Positions 27,362 to 41,030 of a DNA stretch of 64,000 nucleotides are shown in pieces. The DNA comes from Laetmonice hystrix (taxonomy: Eukaryota), in NCBI GenBank assembly GCA_965235115.1, contig OZ249436.1, positions 31,312,001 to 31,376,000 on the forward strand. The letters run 5' to 3'. Under the pieces are notes generated by a model that saw only the letters and a list, made by a program, of their open reading frames with translations, was not told the DNA's origin and searched no databases. Numbering within the stretch: position 1 is the first letter of the stretch; every line of letters starts with the position of its first letter. Position numbers and translations under genes: made by a program.

Positions 27362-30300
27362 CATGAACGTCTGCTTCTTACAAGTAAACAACCAGCAATC
27401 CAGCTCCACATGAAGCTCCATGTTCACAGTGACAAGGCAGCATGCACACACCCAGGAGATTGCCGGGATTGGTGAACCAATTTACCCAGGCCGTCCCACA
27501 CTTGAAGCATCTCCTCTGTGGTAGAACGATTATCTCCGAAGTCGACCGACGCACCAGTCGTCCGGCTTTGTCTTAAGGTATAATTCATTTGGACTACTAT
27601 TTTTAGCCTCAAATATCTGGAGATCATGGCGAAATTGTTGCAGTCTATTTCTGGCGTCCCGTGAGGGGAGTTGGTTTAGATTAGGGGTACGCTTGGAACC
27701 TCGCTGCCGGGAGGTGTGTGCAAGCGGCAGTCGCTGGCTTCGAGTCTGCAGGCTTATACCAATGACGAGTGTCGGCCGTAGCTCTCTGAACTGATAAATA
27801 AAAAAAAAGCACAGTGAATGGCGCCTTCTTACGTCATTCGAAAGACTATTAGATCAGAGATAGGCTCTGCACGGAAAGGCTCTTTGGACGGAGCGATACA
27901 CGGTTCTTGCCTTTCACTGTAATGGCCGTTTTGCAGTGTGGCTGTTTCATCAGGAAGCAGCAGCAGCCAAGTCGAGAGGACATGAGTTGAGTCCATTATG
28001 ATTCTGACTCCTTGTGGTAGCGGGTCTGACCGAACACTTGTGTAGAACGTGGTAATCGTTTACACTTACAAAACGGCCTTTGGTAACAATGAACGGGAAT
28101 GTCGCTATCAGTTACAGGGAAAGGAAACGCTGCTGTTTTCTTTAAATGTAACGGTGAACGCTGGTTGTACCATATCGATGTGTAGTTGTTCGAGCAGTGT
28201 TCGCTGGATTCATACCGAACGTCTTTATTCCCAGCCCGTGCCGCGCGTTACTTATACAAACGGAGCTGCCATACTTGCCGCCTCCCTGACGCCACGCAAA
28301 ATAATATTTATAGATTCGAGTTGGCCCCCTGAACCGTCCACAAGCAGGTCGTGATTTTATCGCAGGAGGAGGATGCGATGCTGTACAGGGGTTTAGACCA
28401 ATCCGATGTGCACCCGTTAGTCAACCCTGAAAGCGCGGCGACTCTTCCACTGATCGTTTCACTAATTTCATTAGCTCTAGCGGATTTTCTGGTCGGCATC
28501 TTGGAGTAGAATGGAGAGTGCGACGCCTGGACCTCTGAAATCAGGACCTCGTGTGCCAGGACTGATAGCGCCAGACCTCTTGACATTTTCCACCGGCCTG
28601 TTCCGCCACCCCGATGTTGACTTAACTCGTGGTGAATTTGCCATGGCAAAGAGAACCGTTAGAATGCCGACAAGACTGTGAATTCGGATTACAGTATAGT
28701 AACTGAAGCATCTATTCATACACTTTTCCTTAGGCAGCCTGGCATTATGTTTTGTTCAACTTTTTAAAGTTTTACAGTAACAAGGTTGGCTGGTAAGCGG
28801 ATTTTGATTACCGCCTGCACTGCAGGTTGTAATGTTCGTTTGATGTAATGGTCGTTTCTTTGGTTGTTCATCATGGTAGCCAGGGTAGCGCGTGCAGAGA
28901 GAGTGTATAGTAGCCGTCCGGCCAAGTCGAGACTACAGTGTGGGCGTGCAGTCTCAACTCAGCTGGTCGACCTTCGCAGCGACATCACAAAACGAACACT
29001 CTTACTGCATGGTAGCAGAAAATCAAACGACTATTTTATTTAATATTTTCACGATTGATAACAATACAAATCTGTTATTTTCCCCGCCTCCATATTGTAG
29101 AACGCATTTGCAGGAATCGTGAGATAATTTCTAATTGGTTAGATTAATTAGAATGAGTGGATGGTGTGATGGGGTGGGAATCTGGTGACGAGCTCGAATT
29201 AAAAATTCGCCTTCACTCATCACCCCTGACTATCCTGTATGAAGAAAATAAGAAGGGCACTTAATCAGTTAATAAACCTTCATGTTTAAGATGACTTTAT
29301 ACCTCAAAAGGTGCTACACTGTAGGCAATGAGGAGAGAAAAGTTGAAACCTGCAGCTACTGCAACTTCAGCTTTTCCTTCATCCACTACAAGCTTCCCAC
29401 TTACAACAATGCCTCAGGAGGACCATTACCGCAAATTGAAATCAGAATGTATATTTTTCTGGTCCTGACAACGACCATTAACAAGAATGAAGGCATCTCT
29501 CAATTAGTCAATAACACGTGTTGCCTATGACACCTTTCTCATCTTTCATGGTTACTCCGTGTCATCTTCGTACTTAACGGGTTCTAGTATATCTACAATC
29601 CGCCAGCCGTTATGATTTTGAAAAAAAAGCTTTTCAAATTAGAAGTATGCAACAAGTGACAGGCACACCACATAATTTCCGAAGTTTAATGGATGACATA
29701 AAGAAAACACGTCCGCACAGGAAGAAAAAAAGGGAGGGATAAAAAATACTCTCCTGAATTGCATCGCTTTCGTTGACCTTAGAGCGAAGGCTGAAACTGT
29801 ATGCATTTTATTGCATTTCCTCCAATGACTGCCGCTGATTGGATACCAAATCGACAGTTTTCTCGCGCTTAAGGAACGCTAAGTCGTCTGAGTCGGGCAT
29901 TGAGATAGGATTACTCCCACACACTTCCCACAAGCATACCAATGGGTCCGAGATGAAAACGAAGGAAGAGATTTATCACTATCCACTACTCAGACAAGGT
30001 CCCGGGAGCACTGAAGTTGTAGTCAGTGAACCAGTAGTAGGTTTAGGCGTCGACCTCACAAACTGCCTGCTATCATGGGAGCCCAGACTGACCACCCTGT
30101 CCCGAGAGGCCCGATATCTGTGTTTTAAGGGGTTCCTGGACGGCGTCAACCAACAGCCATTTTGCTGCCTCTCGTGGTATATAGAAACGACATTTTATAC
30201 CACAACACCTGGCTGAGCTTCACCCCTGCTTTCCACACCGTATCTGTTATGCACTTAGAAAGAGTGCTGACTCGGCACGTTTCGGACACCTACCTATTAA

Positions 30301-31195
30301 GGAACACGATACAATTTGCATGAGCTGGGAAGATTTGTGATAGGCCGACGTAGGGGACTGACACCCTGTTGGCCCTCAGCTATACAAAGGTCTTTTTTCT
30401 CCAGTTTCTCAATGCTAGAGATGTTTTTACAAAGGTTGCTGGATGGTAATTAATCGACCCCACGGGTCAACTTATTCAAGCCAATTACTTCTTCCCCTGA
30501 ACACAAAAACTGTAAAAACCAATCCATATTGGTTGTAGAGGGCGGGAAATGGAGGAACCATACCTTCAACTCACAGAAGTGATCTACACGACGCCCATTT
30601 ACGGACATTTATTTCGCGCTAATTTCTTAGAGATCACTCGGGGTGGAGAGAGTTCTCCTCCCTCTCCTGGTATCAGTACATTGGTATATTTCATGGATCT
30701 CGGTAACATTCTTTTCTAATGTAGGTAGATTGAATGACATGGGGGAAACGATGGTCTCGGTGGTGTTGACCGTCAGAGAGAACTTACCGTCCCTGCCGGT
30801 TTGCTCCTGACTTGTCGGATACGAACATTCAACTTCATATGCACGCTAGCGCTATTCGTTACTTACACTTTTATTGGGCCGACGTAATCAGATTCGCTGG
30901 TGTGTTGGACCTTGCCGCACATTTATATATTTGCAAAGAGTAGGGTAGTTATGGTACTTGGCTTGCTACTTTCTGATTATATTACATTTTTATCTGATTC
31001 AGTTACATTATTTTATGCTCTTGTACTGAAGATGGTGACAAAGGGTCGATAGGATGTATTTACCTCGATGACTTCCTTAATCGCTCTTTTTGAAGGAATG
31101 AGTAGGCCTACTCTTTTTGACCGTGTTTTTTTGTTCCTTTTTCCTGATGAAAGAAGTTCGTTCCTCTTTCTTATCTTTCGTCTATCTCTTTGCAG

Positions 31196-31607
31196 TTTGT
31201 TCTACCGGCGTCAGTTGCGTTCGGGACTAGATTTGCGAGAACACCGGCTTTTCCACTCGGATCCCAAGCTTGACTGCTGCCCGACACTCACGGAATTAGA
31301 TCCCCGCAGAACTGGTATCAACCCGAGTGGCATGGTGCTTGAGCTGTTCACCAACCCCAACTTTACCCAGACTTTCTACGAAACTGTCTGCCACCCGGCA
31401 TACCGAAACAAGGCTTGTCAGTATGTGGATCAGCGTATCGCGTTCGCCACCCGCTGTGTCCAGGTATATTCCTATGTGTACGCCATTGGAAGAACGTACG
31501 GGACCCGCGAACAGTTTCGTATTGACTACATCCGGATACCGGCGGGCTGTAAATGCCAGGTAAAGAAAGAGTACCTCCGGCGTCGCAAGAAAAGCGTCAC
31601 CCAGTGA
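31196..31607 (+). CDS. Terminal coding exon: neurotrophin/spätzle-like cystine-knot domain
   Basis: Long polypyrimidine tract and TGCAG acceptor at 31191-31195. Encodes RRQLR (furin-type RxxR), then DCCP..NPSG.VLEL..QTFYETVC..ACQYVD..RCVQVYSYVYA..YIRIPAGCKC, the NGF/spätzle cysteine pattern. Stop TGA ends at 31607; AATAAA at 31777. Confidence 0.9.
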
Positions 31608-34204
31608 ACACAAACCGAACTAAGACCTAACGGCTTAAACTATAATATGATAAAAGTAACGACCGCTCTCCACTGACTCCTGTGTATGTCTGTACATGTA
31701 CGTTACAAAATGGCTTCGGCATCAGACTGATCGATCATCGGTGGACTTGAGCAAGACCTCCAAGCAAGAGCACGCAAATAAATCTTTAATATAGACGGAC
31801 ATTTTCATGATTAATATTGCTGTGTACACTTCTGGTATGTTATACATTTTGATTAAGTAGTTTGTCACCGACGACAGTCAGTCACTCGAAGGTAGTTTGG
31901 CATTTTGCACCGGGCTTTGTTTATGCGGTTAACGGAAACTGGTTTAATGTGTTTCAGTTCTGTGTCGCTCAAAGAGCTGCTCAGGTAGAAGCAGTAGTAT
32001 AGTTGATAATGAATGTGCCATCCCGCAGGTAATGAATGTGCCATCCCGCATATTTGCGAGTGAATACGGTTTTATTGTAATTGGTCGTCTCTCTTAATAT
32101 ACATCTGGTGGCTGAAAATTCCTGCAGGTTTTAGAGCTCTTCCGAATTCCTTTCAGTCCGTGTAACGCGTAGATTCTTTCGCACCCACAGCTAGACTTCT
32201 ATCGTGAAAAATTTTAAATGTTTTAAAGCTGTGCCTTTGTGGCTGTGTATAAGGTGAACGTGCAATATTAACTCCGTATCGTGTTGTCACCAGGCGTTTT
32301 GCTTGTTTCGTTCTGCACCGAGTGATGCACGCTGTTAGGTTAATTCTAAGATAAGGATGGTATTGAAGTCGGGAGGCCCGGAGCCTATGGCTCCAACGTT
32401 GCCAAACTAATAGACATAAGGAGGCTGGAACATGCCGTGTGTTCCGAGGTCGCAAGGACTGTCGGTGGGAAGAACGTCACCAGGTGGCGTGGCGTGCCCC
32501 CTCAGAGCGAGGCTGCGCGGAAGTGGGCGCGCGAAGAGAGCGAGGGCACACCGCGGTCCAATCATTATCGACGACTAGTGGTGGTGACGTCAGTATCAAT
32601 AGAGCTGACGTCACGTGTGGTGGAATCAAACATAATCTGATGTCGAGTGGCTGTGATGTCGGTTATATTGAAGGTATTAACTGGTACTGTGTACATCGAG
32701 TGCAGAAAGATTGGTGAAGTTGAAATGACTCTAATGTACGTTTCTACAATTTTTAGAAGAAGCGTGGTCATAACGTAGAAGAGGTCGGTCCCATTCACGG
32801 ACCAAGCGTTTGGTGAGAAGACAAATGTCTTGATGAGCTAGAGAATCTTGACCAGATTAATGAGGTTCCAGGGGAACTTTTTCTTTATTTTGCAACAGGA
32901 AACGCAAAACATCCTGGTGTCAAGTCCTCTCAGATAATGTGTCTTTTACAGACAGTCTCAAGAGACGACCCTTTTCCTTGAGCAGTTCATGGTTAAAATG
33001 CTATCGTTGAACTAGTATAAAGTACAAAGAGTCAAGCTATGCTTTATATCCAAGTTGGGTTCGTTATATTGAGAAAAACAGTATATAGACATAATATTTA
33101 TGTATGAAATCGTTACACAGAACTTAGAATAAGCGCTTAAATACATGGTTCACTTTGTAAATCGAGGGGGATAAATGTGCCAACTGCCTTGAAACATAAT
33201 AACGAAAGTCAATCAGTGTTTGATATCAACATTAAGGCTAACGCTAGAGCAAATTAGGCGGTTTCATCGCTGGTAGTTTGTGCAATCCCCTCAAATCTCG
33301 CAGGTTTTATAATGGATAACTGTTTCAAATTTCAAGTTTCAATTTAATTGTTTAGTTTTCATGATACCTGATGCTGAAACCGGGCCACCACTTTCAATGG
33401 ACATGAATGTGGCTGACACTTTAAGGCTATAATATAGACCGGTCCTTGCGCCTTTTGTAATTAGAAGAGCGACGTGAGTTGCTTAAAATAAAGTTTGTGA
33501 CATAGGAGCAAATCCTACGGAAATATTTTGCGAGATGGTAGTTGTAATGTTTAGATAATGTTAGAGGCCCTACATCGCAATGGAGCTATGTTATTCAATG
33601 TAAAGTTTAGCAGCTGAGGTCCTAACTCCATTATGGTATACTGAACGCTTTATAGTTCTAACCCATTGTGTTCTTTCTTCTTTCTTTTTTAACTTATTAT
33701 TTGCCTTGTTTTGAAGAGACTCTAGACAATAATATTATTACCATAATTATTAACAAAATACATAAGATTCAGGGAAAACTAACTTGACAAAGCAACTTTG
33801 CAAGTTTTCGGGGTGTTTGTCCTTTAAGGAGACATGACTGTGTATCACATGTACGATATATTATCATATTTATATATTACACCGATACCCTTGAATTGAA
33901 TACGGTTATCGTTGTACGAGTCGCATCGGTCGAAATTAAATCGAACGCATTGTGATATGTTGTTTGGCGTGTAAGTTATATATAGATTATATATTTGTGA
34001 TCGAGGTAAGGATATAATAAAAGGGAGGAAAGGCATGGTTGGACGACTGCTCCGCTCGTCCCCAAAGCTCTTGATGGGTGTGAGAGGGCGTCGTCATTAT
34101 AACCGTCTGCCACTAGCAAAGACCGTTAATTTAACTCGGGCGATCACTCTTTAATAATCATAGCCAGTTCACACGGAGAAAAGTGTTGCATCACAACTCC
34201 CTAT

Positions 34205-34297
34205 CCCCAACCTCAACCCAAGCCAAACCAACCCAACCCGCCTAACCCAACCCAACCCATGCCAACCCCACCCAAGCCAACCCAAGCCAACCCAACC
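34205..34297. repeat. Degenerate (CCCAA)n pentamer repeat
   Basis: Directly visible run. Confidence 0.9.
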
Positions 34298-35283
34298 TCC
34301 TGCAGATTTAATTTTGTTGGACGTGGCTGCATTTTTTTTAAAACTACAACAGCATAACCCAATCCCAACTCCATTATCAAATAAAGATATAGCGCAGATT
34401 ACTGTTTACATATTTGCTATAGAAGGTGAACGTTGACCGGAGGCACTAGTACAAAAAATCCTATTCACCCTACCTTATATTATAGCATAACGCTCGTACA
34501 AGGATTTAGTTAAACTTATTATATCTAACAATGTCCTAGTATCCCATATCGTTTCGCCATATAGACCGTAATATATAGATATATATAGTTATATATGAAT
34601 ATAATGTATCAATACGAATGTGTGACCGGTTTCTTTCTTTCAATTACTTATACATGGAATATTTAAGTATCCGTATATGGAGAAGCGTGTGTTGTTTTAA
34701 TTACGGTGCTCCTTTGCAACCATTCTAAACATGATATTCCTATTTATTCTTGTGGCATTGTATTTTACCAAATATAACAGATTATACACTAATTGACATG
34801 ATCGTATACTATATATTATATCGATTCCACTAGTCAGTCAATATGATGATTTGGTGTCACCTACTTCTTGAAGCCAAGGTCAATCATGAGGAGTAGGCTC
34901 GGCCAATGATCGCCTAGACTGAGACGTGAGATGGCGGTGTACTACAAAAATAAGGCATTTTTAGTTAACTAGTGAATGATCTCAGTGAAGGCCATGGGGG
35001 CCTGTGATCTACGTGCAGCTGTGATCCATGCGACCCCAATTACGTCTAGATTATCCGCATAAAAAGGACCACAGAAAGTTAGCCCTTCTAATGTTTGCTC
35101 TCGGCGCAACCTCGTGCGGAGAAATCCTATTTCTTAACAAGTAGACTGTTAATCTCTGTTTCCATTTTTTTCATTCCCGTTTATTCTATAGGGTTCGTAT
35201 TAATCTGAATAAATTTACAAAATGAACTGCACTCTCTTCCGTCCGATTGTCAAACGGCTACGGTGTTTGCCACGGAAGGTAAT

Positions 35284-36462
35284 AGGCCTGACTGACCTCA
35301 GCTACAGATTCCTTGGCTATACGATGGGGACCCCCAGTCGTCTGTCTCAGGCCTGACTGACCTCAGCTACAGATTCCTTGGCTATACGATGGGGACCCCC
35401 AGTCGTCTGTCTCAGGCCTGACTGACCTCAGCTACAGATTCCGTGGCTATACGATGGGGACCCCCAGTCGTCTGTCTCAGGCCTGACTGACCTCAGCTAC
35501 AGATTCCGTGGCTATACGATGGGGACCCCCAGTCGTCTGTCTCAGGCCTGACTGACCTCAGCTACAGATTCCTTGGCTATACGATGGGACCCCCAGTCGT
35601 CTGTCTCAGGCCTGACTGACCTCAGCTACAGATTCCTTGGCTATACGATGGGAACCCCCAGTCGTCTGTCTCAGGCCTGAGCTACAGCTGACCTCAGCTA
35701 CAGATTCCTTGGCTATACGATGGGGACCCCCAGTCGTCTGTCTCAGGCCTGACTGACCTCAGCTACAGATTCCGCGGCTATACGATGGGGACCCCCAGTC
35801 GTCTGTCTCAGGCCTGACTGACCTCAGCTACAGATTCCGTGGCTATACGATGGGGACCCCCAGTCGTCTGTCTCAGGCCTGAGCTACAGCTGACCTCAGC
35901 TACAGATTCCGTGGCTATACGATGGGACCCCCAGTCGTCTGTCTCAGGCCTGACTGACCTCAGCTACAGATTCCGTGGCTATACGATGGGGACCCCCAGT
36001 CGTCTGTCTCAGGCCTGACTGACCTCAGCTACAGATTCCGTGGCTATACGATGGGGACCCCCAGTCGTCTGTCTCAGGCCTGACTGACCTCAGCTACAGA
36101 TTCCGTGGCTATACGATGGGGACCCCCAGTCGTCTGTCTCAGGCCTGACTGACCTCAGCTACAGATTCCGTGGCTATACGATGGGGACCCCCAGTCGTCT
36201 GTCTCAGGCCTGACTGACCTCAGCTACAGATTCCGTGGCTATACGATGGGGACCCCCAGTCGTCTGTCTCAGGCCTGACTGACCTCAGCTACAGATTCCG
36301 TGGCTATACGATGGGGACCCCCAGTCGTCTGTCTCAGGCCTGATTGACCTCAGCTACAGATTCCGTGGCTATACGATGGGGACCCCCAGTCGTCTGTCTC
36401 AGGCCTGACTGACCTCAGCTACAGATTCCTTGGCTATACGATGGGGACCCCCAGTCGTCTGT
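35284..36462. repeat. Minisatellite, 65 bp, about 18 copies
   Basis: AGGCCTGACTGACCTCAGCTACAGATTCC(G/T)TGGCTATACGATGGGGACCCCCAGTCGTCTGTCTC. Confidence 0.98.
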
Positions 36463-38242
36463 TTCACGATAGAATACAGAAAGCTGCAAGCACTCCGCTT
36501 ACATGCAAGGTTATAATTCTTTTCCCGCTGAAAGGTCCACAAAAATGCCGATCGACAGTTTTGATTGTTGAGCCTCCCACGCTAAATAGAAGAATCATGC
36601 GCACGTACCAAATCATTTTAACCGAACCATAATGTTAACTTACACGCCATTTAGACATGCCATACCCACGCAATAGACTACAATAGAGCAGAACGAGTTC
36701 ACAGGCGTTCGACAATAACCAGTAATTCATACATCGGCAGAGGCACTTAAGTCATTTTCATCATAATTTCCATCTAATATTAGTGAATTATTCCGATCCC
36801 TGGGCGCAATGTTCATCATAAAGAAGAGGTCGAACTCGGTTGGAAGAAAGCTGGTGTTGGTTTGGTGCTGCTCTGGCGCCAAGTACACGCAGTTTGGTAG
36901 GTTGTCTGTACCAAGCGCCCAGTGAACAAAGATAGACGAGAGAAGTGCTGTCAAATAATGCGATGGACACAGACGTTTTATGGAGAAAACATACATAACT
37001 TAACAGTTGACACGTGCATTTGGCAGAAATCAATGCGCGCCGAGAGCAGATGTTATTGTTCCTTGTATATAGAGTACATATATGCAGTATAAAGTACATA
37101 TATGTAGTCCCTCGACGTGTAAGTCTCTGCTGTTTTTTCAAAGGGCATTAGTGCGACTTTGAACACGGTCACCCACAAACTGACGAGCGTTCAATGTGCA
37201 GACGCTCCTTGTAGAGTGCCAGTTTTCTCAAACGAATGATTCAATAAGTACTTTTACGTGTTCCTATATGCTTGAGGTCAGTTACAGCAATCACTCTATA
37301 GAAGGAATGTCAGGATTAGTTCAAGCTATAACCACTCATGGTGGCGGGGAATGCTTGAATCGTACCTGTATTATTGCCGAAGCAAACACATGTGCCGTGC
37401 TGGAATCCTGACCGAATGCTGGTGTACATTTTGGGGTGGACGTCAATCGACGAACTGAGGTATTATGATAAAAAATAATAATGATAAAGAGACTCGGTAA
37501 GTTTATGTGCGGCCAACACGGTGAAGGCCGCGAACCTGGGGTGACGACCACATATTTAAACTTGTACATCGATTGCATATTGTCCATTGCAACTGTGTTA
37601 ACGCTGTGGAATATATTATATTGTAAATGGCGAAGAACTTTATTTTTTCATGTTACTTAGGAGTAGGTAGTGTTCATATGCGTCTTGGTGCCACGTGCCA
37701 GAAAGAAAGGACGCTATTGGACCCCAGCTGGTATAAACAATAGACGGTTAAAAATCTCTGCACTCATGTTGACAAAATAATGTTTACATCTTGTTGGTTA
37801 CATGGATGCATTCTCGAAAAGCGAGGCGCGCGATGGAGGCTTATCAAGAGTGGTGATGTAAATGGCATACTGGCCATGTGACGGCTGGTTCAAAAACAGA
37901 GGCTCCGGCGATCACGTGACCAAATGATACCAAATATAGCAATGTTTCTCGAACCAAACCAGGAATGCGACCGAACGGGTGTGCCACCCTATACGGGTGT
38001 TCATTGCGCTGTTAATAATCAAAATGTGATCAGAATTGTACTGAACGTTCTTATCATTCCATTGTTAATTATATTTAAATAAAGGCCGTTTTACACGGTA
38101 TGCTGGTCCTTGAATTTGTTCCAACAAGCCCCCCCCCCCCCCACCAACCGACTACCACCCCCTTTTCAGCCCCCCCCCCCCCTTAGAGTACGCTTGTAGG
38201 CAATAACAGAACATAGATTAACTATTCCGTAAGTTGTAGACT

Positions 38243-38465
38243 AATATTGGTTATTCCCCCGTGGTAACTTCCCCACAAATTGTTTTGGCAGGGGTTCGGG
38301 TTAAGGTCAGGGATAGGGATAGGGATAGGATAGTGATATGTTTTGGGAGGTGTAGGGACCGGGGTTAGGGGTTAGGGATTAGTGATAAGGTCAGGGTTAG
38401 GAATCTTTACTTCAGACTAAATTTCGTGTGGTTTAAATTACCACGGGGGATGTACCCTAATATTT
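38243..38465. mobile_element. Short element with inverted ends and internal (GGTTAG/GGATAG)n, resembling Helentron-associated non-autonomous elements
   Basis: AATATT..TTCCCCCGTGGTAA is inverted relative to TTACCACGGGGGA..AATATT; telomere-like hexamers lie between them. Confidence 0.55.
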
Positions 38466-40308
38466 TTTGTTACATCCCTCATGCCTGTGGAAATATTCAT
38501 CTAGACCTCCGCCCCCGTGGAAATACAGATCGGCCCCTTGCCCCAAAAATAAGTCAGACACGAATGTGAAAGAAAGAAAAAGATATGGGGGAAACCCCCC
38601 CCAAGAAGACGGCGTATTTTAAGGGATAAGCACATGCATATAGATTGGTCTCAGTTCGTCTCGGTGAGTAAGTAGTATATAGAAATGAAAACAAGAAGCA
38701 GGCAGAAAAGAAAGCAAAAAGGAAAAGAAAAAAAAGAAAAAAGAAAAACAAGAAGAAAAAATGAAAAAAAAAAAAAAAAAGGCGAACGCGTTTTTAAGGG
38801 CAAGCGTATGCCTCTGAATTGGTTTCAGTCAGTATGTGTAAGAAGTATGTAGAAATGAAAGCAGGGAGCAGGTATTTAAGTGAGGTAGAACACAAATCTC
38901 CATCATTATAACCATGAACAAGCAGTTGCCCTATGATCAAGGTACCTGGTTTATTGTCACGTCAGAATGGCTAGCTGTAGACTGTCATCACAACAACTGA
39001 AGCCAACGTAGAGAGTTGATGAAGATTTTGTGTGCACCGGCGGCTGGCCTGCAGGGCCGTCCCTATAATAACGAGTTTATTGGCAACTCTTATGTTAGCA
39101 TAAGCAGTGGATGTATTGTGGAGGAACGAGTCAGCCAATAGGATGCCAGCGGTAGCTGTTTTTGAGCCAAACCGTGGTTGTTATTACACATACTAGCCTA
39201 TAAATCTAGATGTCAATGGGAGACCAAGTAATTACAGACTCCTAATCGTGTGAAACAATGCCGCTCCATTCTTAGTTAGGTGATTAACTATTTCGTCAAT
39301 ATAGGGATTCTAAGGGTGGGGTTATTTTGGATCAGTCCTAAACTGAAAAACTGAAAAAAAGGAATACCCCCAAATTAACAAAATTAGCGAAAGGTGGCTA
39401 AGCCGAAAGTATTGAAGTTGAGGGATGGTAATATATAGGAGAGAAAATTATTTTTATATACTATAAAAAAGGGGTAAAATTATTTTGAAAATGTGTTGCT
39501 TTATCGTTACCGGAAGTAATTGATGTTTAGGTGACCTAAGTAAAATAGCAGTGAAATTGTTTTGAGACTTGCTGCAAATCGGCTCATTGTGTGACGGGGA
39601 CTTGAATTACAAGCACAAACATTTCTCCTCGAGCAGAATTTTACGACTGGAAAACTTCAAATGTCGAACAGACGGAGAGTTGTTGCGAGTTGGCTGTCTT
39701 CCCCGTAAAGATAAGGTCAGACTGGCTCTTGCCTCTACTTAATTCTCTTGTCACGGAACGTCGATTTCCTCTTTTAGAAGCCTTGTTTGTGGCGCTGCCA
39801 TTCTAGGGTCACGTCATTCTATTTCTAGTGGGCAAAGGCAGCCCATCAAGGCAGAGCGGGCGCCCGGAGCTAAAAGTAGAAACCGGAAATGCGTAACGTT
39901 TTAAAACATTCAAGACGGTATGGTCTGGATATTGTGATCGGGGTTCGAGGATGAATGGACGTCCTAATGCTGTCAGTAATGGTCACGCTAATGTCAAAGT
40001 GATCCCGCACCATCAGTGTCGGAGTGCTTCGCAGAATGTCAGCCTTGGCCCAACGCATCACTCCAATCGGCTGAAAGGCTAGGTTGTGGCCCAACATAGA
40101 AAATGACAATTGCTCGCACGGGCAGTCAGACTCCACAACTCGTGGGAACCTTGACTTAGCATCGGTGGCGGGGGGGGGGGCACATTACTGCCTATATATG
40201 CTCTAAGGTTCCCGCTACCCCTCTTTTTCTCACTGACTATGATTAAAAATCGTGAGCTATGCTTTGTGCCCCTAATTCTATAATAACCTTCATACGAACT
40301 CCTGGGTC

Positions 40309-41030
40309 AAACTATACGTACCTGTCCCCTTTCTTGTCACTGGTAGATTAAACTATACGTACCGGTCCCCTACCTTGTCACTGGTAGATTAAACTATACG
40401 TACCTGTCCCCTACCTTGTCACTGGTATAGATTAAACTATACGTACCTGTCCCCTACCTTGTCACTGGTAGATTAAACTATACGTACCTGTCCCCTACCT
40501 TGTCACTGGTAGATTAAACTATACGTAGGTACCTGTCCCCTACCTTATCACTGGTAGATTAAACTATACGTACCTGTCCCCTACCTTGTCACTGGTAGAT
40601 TAAACTATACGTACCTGTCCCCTACCTTGTCACTGGTAGATTAAACTATACGTACCTGTCCCCTACCTTATCACTGGTAGATTAAACTATACGTACCTGT
40701 CCCCTACCTTGTCACTGGTAGATTAAACTATACGTACCTGTCCCCTACCTTGTCACTGGGAGATTAAACTACACGTACCTGTCCCCTACCTTGTCACTGG
40801 TAGATTAAACTATACGTAGGTACCTGTCCCCTACCTTGTCACTGGGAGATTAAACTATACGTACCTGTCCCCTACCTTGTCACTGGTAGATTAAACTATA
40901 CGTACCTGTCCCCTACCTTGTCACTGGTAGATTAAACTACACGTACCTGTCCCCTACCTTGTCACTGGTAGATTAAACTATATAGGCTACGTATAGCCTA
41001 CCTGTCCCCTGCCTTATCACTTGTAGATTA
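40309..41030. repeat. Minisatellite, 41 bp, about 17 copies
   Basis: AAACTATACGTACCTGTCCCCTACCTTGTCACTGGTAGATT. Confidence 0.98.

Noticed and set aside
31068..31195. N-terminal part of the 179-aa ORF as a signal peptide
   Set aside because: The hydrophobic F/L-rich stretch is the translated polypyrimidine tract of the intron acceptor.
38295..38402. Interstitial telomere
   Set aside because: Only a few degenerate hexamers enclosed by inverted repeats; better explained as transposon-internal.
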